This document shows, in pieces, positions 1 through 14,314 of a DNA stretch of 64,000 nt. The position numbers and the translations under genes are program-made. The DNA comes from the human T2T-CHM13v2.0 reference genome, Homo sapiens. Location of the stretch: NCBI RefSeq assembly GCF_009914755.1, contig NC_060925.1, one strand, 5' to 3'. Position 1 is the first letter of the stretch. Every line of letters begins with the position of its first letter. The notes under the pieces are model-generated. The model was not told the DNA's origin and made no database searches. It worked only from the letters and a program-made list of their open reading frames with translations.

Positions 1-625
1 GGAACACTTTTACACTGTTGATGGGACTGTAAGCTAGTTCAACCATTGTGGAAGTCAGTGTGGCGATTCCTCAGGGATCTAGAACTGGAAATACCATTTG
101 ACCCAGTCATCCCATTACTGGGTATATACCCAAAGGACTATAAATCATGCTGCTATAAAGACACATGCACACGTATGTTTATTGCGGCACTATTCACAAT
201 AGCAAAGACTTGGAACCAACCCAAATGTCCAACAATGATAGACTGGATTAAGAAAATGTGGCACATATACACCATGGAATACTATGCAGCCATAAAAAAT
301 GATGAGTTCATGTCCTTTGTGGGGACATGGATGAAATTGGAAATCATCATTCTCAGTAAACTATCGCAAGAACAAAAAACCAAACACCGCATATTCTCAC
401 TCATAGGTGGGAATTGAACAATGAGATCACATGGACACAAGAAGGGGAATATCACACTCTGGGGACTGTTTTGGGGTGGGGGGAGGGGGGAGGGATAGCA
501 TTGGGAGATATACCTAATGCTAGATGACAAGGTAGTGGGTGCAGCGCACCAGCATGGCACATGTATACATATGTAACTAACCTGCACAATGTGCACATGT
601 ACCCTAAAACTTAAAGTATAATTAA

Positions 626-631
<6 letters not shown>
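1..631 (+). mobile_element. LINE-1 3' end (L1PA2-like): ORF2 C-terminus, 3'UTR, short poly(A)
   Basis: ORF 46-417 is the L1 ORF2 C-terminus (...KHRIFSLIGGN*). G-rich 3'UTR ends CCCTAAAACTTAAAGTATAAT plus an A tail and lacks the L1HS-Ta ACA/G diagnostics. In-frame TGA at 19-21 (TGG>TGA) disables ORF2. Confidence 0.97.
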
Positions 632-880
<249 letters not shown>

Positions 881-1703
881 CTCCCAATTTATTTCCTATT
901 TCTATCCAAGATGGTTGATACCATTTCCTCTAGCAGGGTATATGAGTGCCTTGTTTCTCACGTTGTATTGATACTGGCAAATTCTTCTGGCTCTTGACTT
1001 TAGGAGCTCCCACACGTGCTATATATGTGCTCTGTTCCTTTTGTTGTGACAGCTCAGGAACTAATATTAGCCTTTGCTTTCCATACTCATTCCTTTGTTT
1101 TTGATTAATGTATGAAGCTTTGGCATCCTGTTCATATTTTATTTTTGTTTTGGATCACCAGTCCACCCCGGTCCCATTTAATCACTCTTATCTCAACCCT
1201 GCACACTTATCATGACTAGCTTGCACCTCATGGCCAAGACAAAGTCGAATTAAGATTCTGGAGAGATTATCATACATAATGAGACCCTGGAGAACAAGGC
1301 AAGAGAGACACACTTCCCAGGACTGGTTCATATCCGGGATTAGCTGCAGAGATGAATGAATGGTTAGAAAGGATTCAGAGTTTCTTAAATTTCCCTAAGG
1401 TCAAAATTGGCCCCAGAGCTTAGAGAGGGCTTGAATCTGTTAGAGATTCAAAGAAGGAGCAATTTTCTCTATCTGTAGAGATAAGGGGCAAACATTTGGA
1501 AACTCCAGATTCCTTAGGTTTCTTTTCTTACCCTCTCCTCCTCCTCTTCTCTCTCTAAAATCTCATCACCGGTGACGTTTTCTACTCCTAACATTTCTAA
1601 AAGCAATGTGTAAAAATTACCCTTAAATTGTTATCTCTAGCCCTGACCTGTTTCCAAACCCCAGCCTGATTTAATTGCTCGATGAATATTTTCATCAGGA
1701 AAT

Positions 1704-1748
1704 ACACACACACACACACACAGACACACACACACACACACACACACA
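1704..1748. repeat. (CA)n microsatellite, one interruption
   Basis: Direct reading. Confidence 0.98.
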
Positions 1749-3017
1749 GAGGAGAGTGAGAGATCTCAAAACTTTCAATTTCAGCATGCATAAAAGTGAC
1801 ATTTTTGCTTTGTTCCCTTTGCTTTTCTCCACAGTGAAAAAAATGGAAAAGCATTCAGAGATAAGCCAGCATAGTTCCTTCCCTAAGGAGCTCACAGGTT
1901 GGTGGGGACAAGAGACCAGTACATAAAGACTCCAGCACAGAGTGGCAAATGTTCTGATAGAGCAGGGTCATGGGACCATATTGAAGGAGGTGCTTGTGAT
2001 GAACTCCACAAGGAAAAGTTAGGAAAAGCTTCACAGAGAGGCTGATGTGAAGTTAGGCCTTTTCCCCCAAGAGATTTAAGAATTTATTGTCCACTAGAAG
2101 ATTGAATAACCAGCCATATCTAATATAAGGGATTAATCTTCAGGGAAAAGCAGAAGTTGGGAAAGTAAATCATGTTGTATGCTTTCCAGGAATGGCACAA
2201 AGTTGAAGTGAAAGCCACAAGTCAGGGGATAGCCAGTCCTTTTCTCTCACAATAAAACCATCAACAACGACAGCAATCACAATAATCACGGCGACTGACG
2301 CCTATATACCACTTACTGTACTGTGGGCTAGGAGCTGTGTTAAGTGCCTTTGTAGGTAAACTCTCATAGGTAAAACGGGTGGGTGATGGGGTGGGGCCCA
2401 GAGAAGGGTCCCTGCATTCAAGTAGGGGCTTGTCTAGTTTGAACCTCCCATGGGTGCTGAAAGGAGGAAGCACCCAAGCTTTTTTTTCTGCTTGCCCAGA
2501 TAATAGACACCAGGAGTGATGCTTAAAAGCTTAAAAGCTGTCAATCGTCGAATAAAAAAATGGAGCTATACTCTTTGTTATAATTAATCACTAATGTTTG
2601 ACTGATGATTGAAATATGACTTTTTTTATTTAATTGAATTTGAACTTGTTTAAGTAAGCTATTATGTAACTCTACGAGGCCTGCGGCCTGAGGCCATCAA
2701 GGAAGGTAAAAGCTCCATTGAATGCCTTGTTCAACAGCATTTAGGATTTTATATTCTGGGAAGTAAAATGAGTGTCTTTGTCACTATCAATTATGTCTGG
2801 AACTCTGAGGAGGATAAGGGATGTCTCGATGTGACTTTGTATTATTGCCACCAATTGCCATTCTGAGGGAATATGGCATGAGGCTCTTTCTTGAGAATAC
2901 CTAGCAGTTTTCCTAAGAACTATTCTTTTATTAAATACAGTTTGGGTAAGATCACTGTAACAAGGGTTTAAGGCAATCTTAAAAATGTTCTTTGCACCAT
3001 ATCTGGCACATAGTAGG

Positions 3018-3440
3018 TGTGTGAGGATGTTCTTGAGTTACTATAAAGAAACATCTGAGACTTGGTAATTTATAAAGAAAAAAGGTTTAATTGGTTCATG
3101 GTTCTGCAGGCTTTATAGGAAGCATGGTGCTCGCACCTGCTCAGATTCTGAGGAGGCCTTGGAAGCTTACAATCATGGTGGAAGGCAAAGAGGCAGCAGG
3201 CATCTCACACAGCAGAAGCAGGGACAATAGAGAGTGGGAGAGGAGGTACCACATACTTTTAAACAATTAGATCTCTCGAGAACTCACTCACTATCACAAG
3301 GGCAGCACCAAGGGGATGGCACTAAACCATTCATGAGGGATCCACACCATGATCCAAACACCTCCTATCAGGCCTTACCTCCAACACTGGGGATTATGTC
3401 TCATCTTGAGACTTGGAGGGACAACATCCAACCTATATCA
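3018..3440 (-). mobile_element. ERVL-MaLR solo LTR (MSTA-like)
   Basis: Reverse complement matches MSTA: ends ...ACATCCAACCTATATCA and contains GGTAATTTATAAAGAAAAAAGGTTTAATTGG and CACCAAGGGGATGGCACTAAACCATTCATGAG. Confidence 0.9.
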
Positions 3441-4929
3441 ATAGACATGTCATAATTATGTAGTGGAAAAACACTGAGATTCAATGATGCTATAATTATA
3501 CAGAAAACATTGCCAGTAAATTTTGGCACTAAGTACGCATAACTAATCTGAACAAATTGGCAAATGTGACCTTGAGGCTTCTTTCTGACCAAGGTCCCTC
3601 CCTCCCACCCAAAGAATTATACCAGGGCCAAGAATGGGCATGGACCTCTGCTCTTACAGTCTGGATTTCTTTCCCTGTTCACGTAGGTGGTGGAGACAAA
3701 GTTTCACACTGAAATCAGTGAAATGAAGCAGAATCATTTTTATTTTATTTTCTGTATCCTTCTTAAGTGTCACTCAGTTGTAGGATTTTTCCAGAGAACT
3801 ATGTCTTACACCATGCCATGCCCAGTTCCTATCACTTTACCCTACACTCAGAGGTGCCCGGTAGTGTTAGAAGATCAGCCTGCCCTTGTAAGGTGAGCCT
3901 GTTAATCACGCTCTCCAGCAGATGAACCCGGACTCTTGCCCTTGAGCCTGTGGCCTGGGGCCAGGAAGATTCTACTGTGTTGCTGTCAAGTTTTCCACTG
4001 TGTCCTCAGTTCAGCCCCAAATGGTTGGTATTGCTGTCCTCACACTATTTTTAGTCATAGATCAGTTATCCCTGACACGCAGTGATGGGGATTAACAAAA
4101 TGCACCCATATGCATCTCTGAAGGCTGAGCATGTGTGTCCCCAGCCCAAAGTAGTCTTGGGCAGTTCTAGGTAGGATTAGCAGACTTGATTTTTTTATTG
4201 TCTCCCTTTACTCCTGGCAGGAGAGTTCTGGGCTAGAATCACTCCAAATTTGTTTTAAGGAATTTGGCACAAGCCTCTTCTAAACCGTACACCAGACCTT
4301 GTGTTTTACCCCATCAAGTCCCTTGTGGCCCTTGGCAGGGGCACAGCGGGGAAAGGCTTTCCTTCTCTCGATGGAAAAGAGATCATTGAACTCCATGATG
4401 CTTTTAAGAGAACACAGTAACAGGTCAGGCCTTAGGGATGTCCCCACCAATCTCTCATGTGGTGAAGGTTCCACATGCCCGAGGAAGGGAATTTCGTAAC
4501 ACCCAATGCCAGCTGGGAAGGCTCTACATGACAGGGTGAACACCATCGTAATCACATCATGTTCTGAAACCTCAGCCCTGATTACTCTGATCTTTATCCT
4601 CTGTTGACCTGAGATGAATGCAAGGAATGGTCTTTAAATGACTCCGTTGTTTTTAAACTCTAGTACAGTGCTTGACTTGAACTTCCCTGGTGAGAGCAAA
4701 TCACACCAACTGACTCACACTAACTTGACTTATTTAATTATTTTAATTACTTGAGTCCTTTTACTTCATGAAATGACCCCCAGTTCTTATAACAGGGCGG
4801 TGAAATCAGGGCACTCAATACTTTCCATTATCTTCCTTAAAGAAATCCTCTCCCGTTCGGTGCTTACACATCTGCATGTATTTCATGACCCTGCAGAAAC
4901 TTTGTTAAATATATTAGCGAGAAAAGGAG

Positions 4930-5130
4930 GAGGAGTGGCAACCTAGATATTCAATAGGAGAGAAACGTTGAGTAGATTTTGATCCTTCGTGTGATGAGAT
5001 ATTATGCTGTCCTAAAAATAACACGTACCAAAAGTTTTAAAAGATGCAAGATGGTCACTAACATGTTAAATGAAAAAAGCAGGATGGAAATTTGTACATA
5101 TACTCTGATTTCAATTCTGTCAATATTTAT
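4930..5130 (+). mobile_element. Old L1M 3' fragment
   Basis: Degenerate L1M-like motifs (CAACCTAGATATTCAATAGGAG...TGTTAAATGAAAAAAGCAGGATG). Confidence 0.55.
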
Positions 5131-5789
5131 ATAGGTAAAATATGCAGTAGGATAGAGGAAAATTAGCTGGGCCTGAGTTACTCCTGGAGGTCATAAGAAA
5201 CTGAGAGAGAAGATCTCAGACATAGAATGATCCTATCTGAGGACTCTAGGGATCTCAGCTGAGGGGAGGAAAAGGGCAGAGACTGTCTGTCTTTGTGGGT
5301 TAGGACTTCTGCAGGCCAACAACTTACAGGGTTGATGGTTTGAAGGAGAAAGTGTTGCTACATCCTCAGCTAGGAAGCCACCAGTTTTATAAACACAAAT
5401 GGACAAAATGGAGTATACTAAAGTATTTGGTTGGAGCTGCGAACCCCTTGGGAATGTCTGAATTACTACTTACAAAGAAGTAGCCAGGGCCAGTTTGCCT
5501 TCTGAAGTGTCACTGTGCAGAGGCTTCCGCCAACACTCGCAGCCAGCTATGACCAGGACTAGAGAAGGCCCCCGAGTTCTGGACAGTCTGCAAGTCCCAC
5601 AAATCAGTGCTAAGTCATGTAATCAGATGTCTCCATGGTGTTTGCACGTTACCGTCTCAGGAATCCAGAGCTTTCACTTACCTCATGTCCCAGCCTGGGA
5701 TTTCCCTGTAGGCTGTAATGGGTTTGTTTTGCCAGGTTACTCAGTGTTCCTTCTGCTTCTTCCCTGTGAGTGTCAGACATCCTCCTCAT

Positions 5790-5980
5790 CATCATTGCCT
5801 TTTATTGAGTGCCTACTGTGTGTGAGGTGCTTTACAGATATTATTTTTAATCTTCTTAACGATCCTATCAGATAGGCATGATTATCCTAATTTTATAGGT
5901 GATGGGATTGAGAAACAGCATGATCAAATCACTTGCTTAGGGGCATAAAATTAGTAAGTTTGGATCTAGATGTCTGTCTA
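5790..5980 (-). mobile_element. MIR SINE
   Basis: TTTATTGAGTGCCTACTGTGTG...ATTTTATAGGTGATGGGATTGAG, the antisense MIR core. Confidence 0.8.
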
Positions 5981-6559
5981 CTTTTTCTGTGATGTCTTTC
6001 AGCTTCTAATTTGCCACTCTGTGTGTGTGTGTTGTTTTTGTGCATATGAGAGAGACACACAGAGAGAGAGACAGATCTGTTACTAAAAGATCTTTTTTGA
6101 ACAGCGATTTACTTTTGAATTTGGGTGTTGCTTATTTCTCAAATGCTTTTTTCCATCAACATCCAGAAAATCATATATCTCACCTCTTAATTGTCTTTGT
6201 CAAAAGTGAGTCCTAGCCATGAGCGGAAAGTGGACTGAAAAATAATTATACTTTTCAAAATTTCAACTAGAAATCAGAATGAGACTTCTCAGGATGACAG
6301 AAAAACTCGCATACAAGTTAGCAGCAACCTGAGATTAGTGCTAAAGGTACAATATGCAGACAAACAAACTGCAATAGTTCCTCACTTCAATCATGTCCAG
6401 GGAAGTCCATGCTCAGACCCTTTGATTCTGGTGCTTTTCTGACATGTAGGGACCATCCTCTGGTGTCAGCATCACAGGCCCAGAATTGAAGAAGTTGATG
6501 CTTTGCTCTCATTGAGGCCTGATCACTATGTATCCAATAATGCTGCCTCCTTTCCCCAC

Positions 6560-6900
6560 CTTCTTCCTTTCTTCAATATATATACATCTAATGCCAGGCT
6601 CCACACTAAGGAGCAGCAGCAAATAATGCCTATGAACGACAAGCAGGGTCCTGGCTATCACTGAGTTTACAGCATGGCGGGGAAAACAAACAAGGAATTC
6701 AGATGTAGTGCGATAAATGCACTGATGTGGGGGAAAGTGGAGTGCACTCAGGTGGGCAGGTATGAAGGGTCAGCAAAGGCTTCCTCAACCAAAATACTTC
6801 TGTGCTGTGACCTGAAGGATGAGTTAGCATCAGCCAGGTCGGGGTGGAACATGTGAAAAGCAAGAGGGATATTCTGTGAAAGGCCAGAGAGATAGGCAAG
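6560..6900 (-). mobile_element. L2 fragment
   Basis: Degenerate L2 3'-region similarity (ATGCCAGGC...TGACCTGAAGGATGAGTTAG). Confidence 0.5.
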
Positions 6901-7271
6901 CTTTGCATAGCTTAGCCGTCTGTCTCATTCCCTCTGTCCTCCTCGTACATGAGTGTGTCAGAGTGAGTTTCGGGATTGCTTTTAAATTTTAAATTAAAGA
7001 CTATCAGAATCCAGAGACTATCCAAATTCCTATGGTCTCTCAGAATTTCACAAAAACATTCAGACAAAGGGTGATTCCACAGAGAAATCATACACCTCAG
7101 TTTGAAATTGCCACTTGGGAGGAATGGGACACCAGGTCTTTGGAAACGGGCTTAGGGCCCATCATGGGAGATATTGTGTGCCGAAGCTTTCTTCTGGAAC
7201 TCACTGGGGTCCCCTTTTTCTGCAATCCAAGCTAAGTCCTCACAGCATGTTGGGCTAGTCTAATTCAGGGC

Positions 7272-7752
7272 TGTATTAGTCAGAGTTCCCTAGAGGAGCA
7301 GAACTGAAAGGATATATATATATATATTCTTTATACATATATACACATATTCTTTATATATATATATATATATGAGTTTAATAAGTATGAACTTACATGA
7401 TCACAGGGTCCCACAATAGGCTGTCTGCAAGCTTGAGGAGCAAGGAGAGCCAGTCTGAGTCTCAAAACTGAGGAACTTGGAGTCTGCTGTTTGAGGGCAG
7501 GAAGCATCCAGCATGGGAGCAAGATGTAGGCTGGAAGGCTAGGTCAGTCTGGCCTTTTCACGGTTTTCTGCATACTTTATATTCGCTGGCAGCTGATTAG
7601 ATTGTGCCCACCATATTAAGGGTGGGTCTGTCTTCCCCAGTCCACTGACTCAAATGTTAATCTCCTTTGGCAACACCCTCACAGACACACCCAGGATCGA
7701 TACTTTGTATCCTTCAATCCAATCAAGTTGGCACTCAGTATTAACTGTCACA
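7272..7752 (-). mobile_element. ERVL solo LTR, MLT2A1-like
   Basis: TGTATTAGTCAG...CACAGACACACCCAGGATCGATACTTTGTATCCTTCAATCCAATCAAGTTGGCACTCAGTATTAACTGTCACA, with TG...CA termini and an internal (TA)n at about 7312-7372. Confidence 0.93.
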
Positions 7753-8179
7753 GTGACTATGACCTTTGTCACAGAAGATGACTAGAAAAATAGCCACGAG
7801 TTGACCTTGATACTAAGAGCAGCACTGATTTGGACATGGAATCTGACTTAGCTCATGAGGACTCATTTTAGCCACGAGTCATAAAGAAGTCCCAGTTCAA
7901 GATACATAGTCCTTGAAGACAGCACTCAAGGATTTAGGCACACTAAATGTCTGAGCCCCAGTCTAATTCCAGGGGCAGTGACAGGATGACGCTGCCCAAC
8001 TTGAGATTTTGTCAAGATTTCAAACACACAGTTTGTTGTTAAGGTTCTAATTATATAAAAAACTCCATATTAACATAAGGCTCACGGTTAATTGGCAGGG
8101 CTTCAAAAACATTAACTATTTCCTAATTATAGCAGTAATTCTTTCCCTTTCTCTTTTTTTCTCATTCTTCTTTTTAAAT

Positions 8180-8410
8180 AATAATTATCACATATATTGG
8201 GTGCTTAGTATTTGCAACACGTTAAAACAAGAGCTAAGACTACATTCTGTCATGTAATTCTCATAACTGCTCTATGGCATCGATATTATTTCATGGATTT
8301 TGGAGATGGGGAAACTGAGGTTTAAAGAAGGATAATTAACACGTTTATCACAAATGGACACAAAAATAGTCACACACATGGAAAGTGTTAGAACTGGAAC
8401 TTAGACCCAT
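8180..8410 (-). mobile_element. MIR SINE
   Basis: ATTTTGGAGATGGGGAAACTGAGGTTTAAAGAAGG core. Confidence 0.75.
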
Positions 8411-9544
8411 TTTGTTGAAACAACTCAAGTCTGTGGTGTTAATGTCTGTGGTTCTGCAATTAAAATACACATTCTGATTGTGTTGTTTGTGTTGTTCCAG
8501 ATGCCTTCTCCACTAGAAGATGGGGCCAGATTTCCTAGTTCTTTATTTGCTGATAGCACTAAACAAAGTGTTTAGCATGTTATGGGACATCAATAAATAC
8601 TTGGCTCAGTGGCACACAATCAACTAGAGAAGGCCTGGTCTAAATTCAGCCCAGCAACACAAATTGCAGGATTTTGCATCACTCTGCCTCTCATCTTATT
8701 AGGACAGGTCTTGTGGCTGTCCTAGGCCTGAGCACCCGTAACAGAGCTCTCCTTGTCATTGTGACAATAGAAAGTAAGGGAAGGGAAAGTCATAAATTAG
8801 GCCAATGGAGGGAGGCAGAGGAAAATAGATACAGACTGATGACAAGATTAATATGCAGTTGACGGGGAGTGCTTTCACACCAGAGCGCCAGCAAATAAAC
8901 ACAATTCAGAAAGCTCATCCCTGCCTTACCAGAGAAGGCAGATTCCTGAGCCAAAAAAAAAGTGAATGAGCAAGAGAAAGAAAAATAGAGGCCTGTGTGT
9001 GCATGGGGCCTTGTTTGCCAGGAATTCCTCCAGCAGGATCAGATAGCTGGGGGATGACACAAGCAGCAGGCTCTGCAGAGTTATACATTTTCTGACCCAA
9101 AACAGGGACAGGAGAAGCAGGCACAGGCACTGCAGGGAAGGTGGGCTCCGAGGATACTGAGTGAAGGCTGAGATCAGTGCCTTCCCCGGGCATAAGCATA
9201 GCCTCCCTGTGCCACCAGCAAAGGCGGGTGTCATTTTCTGAGAGGAGTCAGCAGACCTGCCTGGCCCTTTTGGCTGGACTTCTGATGGGCTCTCCCACTC
9301 CTTGCTGTAATGAATGAGACCTCAGCAGGCTTCAGTTGAATACTTCATAGATGGGAATTGATTCTTCTTCTTTTTTTTTTTATTTGTTTGAACTATAATA
9401 TTGCCATTTTTGTAAGTAAGAAGTGGCCAAATATTATCAATTTCATATGGTTTAAGATGATAGTAAGGGCAGAGATTGTTTTCAAACTCAGGAATTGATT
9501 CCAAAATTGTGACTCTCACTATGCTACACTGTTTCACCAGTGAC

Positions 9545-9905
9545 TTCCCATTAACCTGAGCATAAATTTAGACTTTGACCTGGGCCTACAAGAATATTCA
9601 TGGTCTGATCTTTGCTTACCTGGTACCTTCTCTCTCCACAGCAACACCAAATTTCTTCTGGCTATTCAATGATTACTTTGGTTTACTGATCTTTGATGAT
9701 ACGTTTTCCTCTTCCTGAAATACTACACTTGCTTCTCTTTTCCTGGATGTTATCATTCCATCCTTCAGGGATTAGCCATCATAGCACTTATATTAGATTG
9801 GAAACTGCCCAAAGTGAGAAAATGTTGGTCACCTGCCTTATTTCTTAGTGACTAGATGAATGCCTGGCACATAAAAAGATGGATGAATGAATGGATGAAT
9901 GAATG
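9545..9905 (+). mobile_element. L2 3' fragment
   Basis: Ends TGCCTGGCACATAAAAAGATGGATGAATGAATGGATGAATGAATGAAT, the L2 tail. Confidence 0.65.
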
Positions 9906-10889
9906 AATTACATGAGCCAATGCCACCTTCCCTCCCACAACACACAGTCATTCTATGCCTACCTTGCCACTCCAAATTAAACAATTCTCTGTTATGACAT
10001 AGATGTCCAGTTTCAGAACAATCTGTTGAACTTTGGCTACAGCTGTGCTGCAGAGCTTGGTGATATACATTGAATATAAAGCAAGAACACAAATTTAAAA
10101 ATTCAAGAACATTCTCACATACCCTGAAGAACTAGTTCAGCTCTTGGTTTTCAATAATGCAAGCGTCTTATTTTTGCCCTTTTTTTCTCTTGTTGGGGCC
10201 TGGTTTTTATTGGAAGAATTTTCCAGAAGTATCACTAATGTAAACAAATAAAGACTTTTGGAGGCAGTTATCAGAACAGTTACAGATTCAAACGTGGTTA
10301 TAAATGTTGGAACTGTTATTGCTGGTGACTGAAGAAGCTCAAATTGTTTTATTAGCTTTACTTAGTTGGATTTATACCACATTTTTTCTGTGAAGAGAAA
10401 GTTATGGAAGAAAATGGCTTTTTAGCAGCTAATCATTTCTAAGGATCACATTTGCCACCTCCTTTTTCTACTGAAGCATGTTGACGTAGGTCTGTTCTGC
10501 ACAGACAGATTTTGTAAACCACATGTGCTGTATAATCATTCATTGGAACTGGGCAAAGGAGGTGTTAATAAGTTCTGTGACAGTAGAAGCCCTTGGTCAG
10601 ATGCTGGGTATTATCTGTCACGGATGCTGGGATGGGCACTCCTGGACTAAAACACGTCTAAGAGATCTTCCAAAACTGGGATTTTCTGATTCTATAATAA
10701 TAAACTCTGGACCCACCCATATTTGTTGTTGGCTTAGTGTATAATGTAGCATATACATTCTAAACAGTATATAAGTATGATTCTATTTAAAGGTAGAATT
10801 ATACTTATGCTGTTTAGAATATGCATATATATATTCTTCATTATATATACACATACACATTTAAATAGAATCATACTTATATGCTGTTT

Positions 10890-11530
<641 letters not shown>

Positions 11531-13389
11531 TATGACTTTGAGAGTCCTCTCTGGATCACAGCTTTCTGGTGGCATAAATTGCTACCCAAGAAATTCGGGG
11601 AGATTGGGGTTTCCTATGTTAAACCCTCTCTGGGACATCTCCTGCTCCCACAGTGGAAGAGAATTAAGGAAAGGCAGAAATATACTTATTAAATGCATGG
11701 ACTTTGGATCAATTCTTTGTGCGAACTGAACCAAATTCTAACTCCACAATCTATTAATTCAGAAACCCCAGGCAAGTTACTTAAACTCTTCAAACTGGTT
11801 TTCTCATCTGTAAAAATACCGAATCTACCTCAATGGGTTTATTTTTTGCTGTTGTCATTTGTCTGTGTGCGTGGTTTTGTGTGTGCGTGAAGATGATTTA
11901 TAGGAAGGGCTTAACATGGCACAGAACACAGAGTAACTGCCTTTTAACCACTAGCCAATATTTTTACTGTACTATTCTAGTTATTTATTTCTAGCAACAA
12001 CTCTTTTTCTTAACTGTAAATGGAAGCAATAGCTGGAGCAAGAAGGGAGAAGGGAAAAAAGGTAACCAAGAACTTGGGCTGTTCCCGAAAAGAGTTTTTA
12101 GGGTGGGGAAATATGTCTTTCTTTTATTGGGTAGCCTCTGCCCTTTGAGCCCTACCTTTTCCTTTAGAATTTGCAGCATTTGGGGAAGGCCCTCCACCTG
12201 CCAGCATTGCTTGGGTTTCACTGGTCTTGTGAGCGTTCCGCTTTTCGCCCGCCCTTGTTCGTAAGGCGGCTCTGCTGACCTTGAGGGTCCAGGACATAGT
12301 GTTGATCCCAGGAAAGACAGTAATAGTTTTGTTGACAGATACTTTTCAACAGCTGTATGGTATCTGCCAGGCTGAAAGAAGAAGAGGTGGGAGGAGAGTG
12401 ACTCAGGGTTAACCCATTCTTGGCCTCAACACTATTCCCTTTGTAAGAAACCCTTGTCTTGATGGCATTCTCTTGGCCTTTGAGAGTTGGCTCTCTCTCT
12501 CATTCTCTCTCTCTCTTTCTCTTTTTTATAAGCAGACCCTTTTGTACATTTTCTTATAATGGCAAAGAAACATTTAAGGTTCAGAAACACAGTTTACACA
12601 ATTTGAAAGCATTTCAAACCATTGTGTTTGGGAAAACATAGAGTAAGTGGTCACTTTGACAGTGAGATGACTGTAATGCCCTGGGATTCTATAATCTTGC
12701 ACCTTCATCGGCACATTAGACCCATGGAAGATGCGATATGGGCCCTCAATTGTGGAAGAGAGAACAGAATTTATTTTGTTAAATTTCATTTCAGATTTCA
12801 TAGTAGATACTATTCACATAAGCGTTTTATTTTTTTTCTATTTATTAATCAGAATATATGTGGTATCATAGCCAAGGCCTCTTTGAAAAAATATTACAGT
12901 GATTTAAATGCATGACATTTTAGGTGCTAATCCAGTGGGACCTTTTATAATGCTGGTGTTGAAGGATAAGAGTAATAACTGCTTATAAACTGACTCTGGT
13001 CTCAGACTGTGCCTTTTGGCTTTGTTGTATTTTAAGGACAAATATATTAAGAATCCCTGAGTCAGTGTAATAAACAAGACAAATAATAATGGATTTGAGA
13101 GAAAAGTAGTTAATTTGTGTATTTCACAGCAAAATTTTATTGGTGGAAGTATGACTATATTCATTTTGCATATATTCACCAAGAACCTCTTGAAATGCAA
13201 AACATAAGCATTCTAGAAAATATTAAGCATTAACCACCTGTTCAGTTCCCTGCCCTTGAGAGACTGCTATGCATAAATGGAGCCCAATTCATTTAAACTT
13301 AACTCTAACATAAGGTGGATGTGATGCTTCTCAAATAAATAAAGAGCAATGGGAGGTCCTAGGAGATTGGGATGGCAGAGAGGGAATAT

Positions 13390-13610
13390 TATTATAGTGT
13401 AGGCTTTGTTGTTAGATTTGGGTTTGAGTCTATGCTGTCATTTAGTAGCAGGTTAAACTTATATACTGCATTTAATGTCTCTGGATTTTATTTTCCCTTA
13501 TCTGAAAAATGGGCATACCTAACTCATGGTAAGTTTGTGAACTAGTATGTGTAAAACTTTTAGTAGAGTGCATAACAGAATAAATACTCAACAAATGGTA
13601 GCTAACAATG
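13390..13610 (+). mobile_element. MIR SINE
   Basis: TTTCCCTTATCTGAAAAATGGGCATA...ATACTCAACAAATGGTAGCTA. Confidence 0.75.
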
Positions 13611-14314
13611 GTGGATAAAATAAAAGGAGGGACTTGTATAGAGGTACTTGGTGGGATGATGTAGAGCTTTGGAAGGAGGTGAGATATGAGCTGGACTAGA
13701 TATGGGAAGAGGGCGTTCAAGGTGACAAGGATGGCCTTATCAATGGTGTGCAGAGGGATGAGAGGGTGCTGAGCATCTTCAGAAATTGAGACTTAGACTG
13801 AGGGGCTGAAATGGAGGGCTCACAGGTTGCCCTCTAAGCAAAACTTATCCAATAATAGTACAACTGAGTTTATCCTTGTAAGAAAGACAGGTAGTTTGGG
13901 AAGAGCTAATGAAGAACCTAGATTGTCAGGTTAAGAAGGTGAAGGTTTATTGGGTTAGCAATGGGGATCCCATCTGTGCTTTGGAGGATTACTCTAGTGG
14001 CAAGGAGGCTGGATTATCAATGGAGGAAAGAAAATAAAGACATAATTTCAACTGCCCAGGCAAAAGGTAGGTCTAGGACTCTTTCTATTACAACAGAATA
14101 ATAATTATTACCTTTGGTTTGAAAGGGTCTTTTCCAAAGGAAACAGTTAATAGGCATTGTGCAATTGCTCTTTATTCTGTTAGGATCAATCATTCCTCCA
14201 GGATTAAGCTGATTTTTCCCTTCTTCCCTTCACACATCCTCCCACAGATAGTTGCCTGCTTATATTTTTGCTTTAGAATTGCTATCTGGAAAACAATACC
14301 AAGAAGCAGACTCT

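Noticed and set aside
282-596. Antisense ORFs in L1 3' ends (also 28351-28722)
   Set aside because: They are a generic property of the L1 consensus antisense strand, with no evidence of function.
5495-5875. 126-aa ORF, and other 60-120 aa ORFs such as 31236-31589 and 48188-48544
   Set aside because: They have non-ATG starts, run into MIR or simple repeats, or show no recognisable domain, and their lengths are expected by chance.
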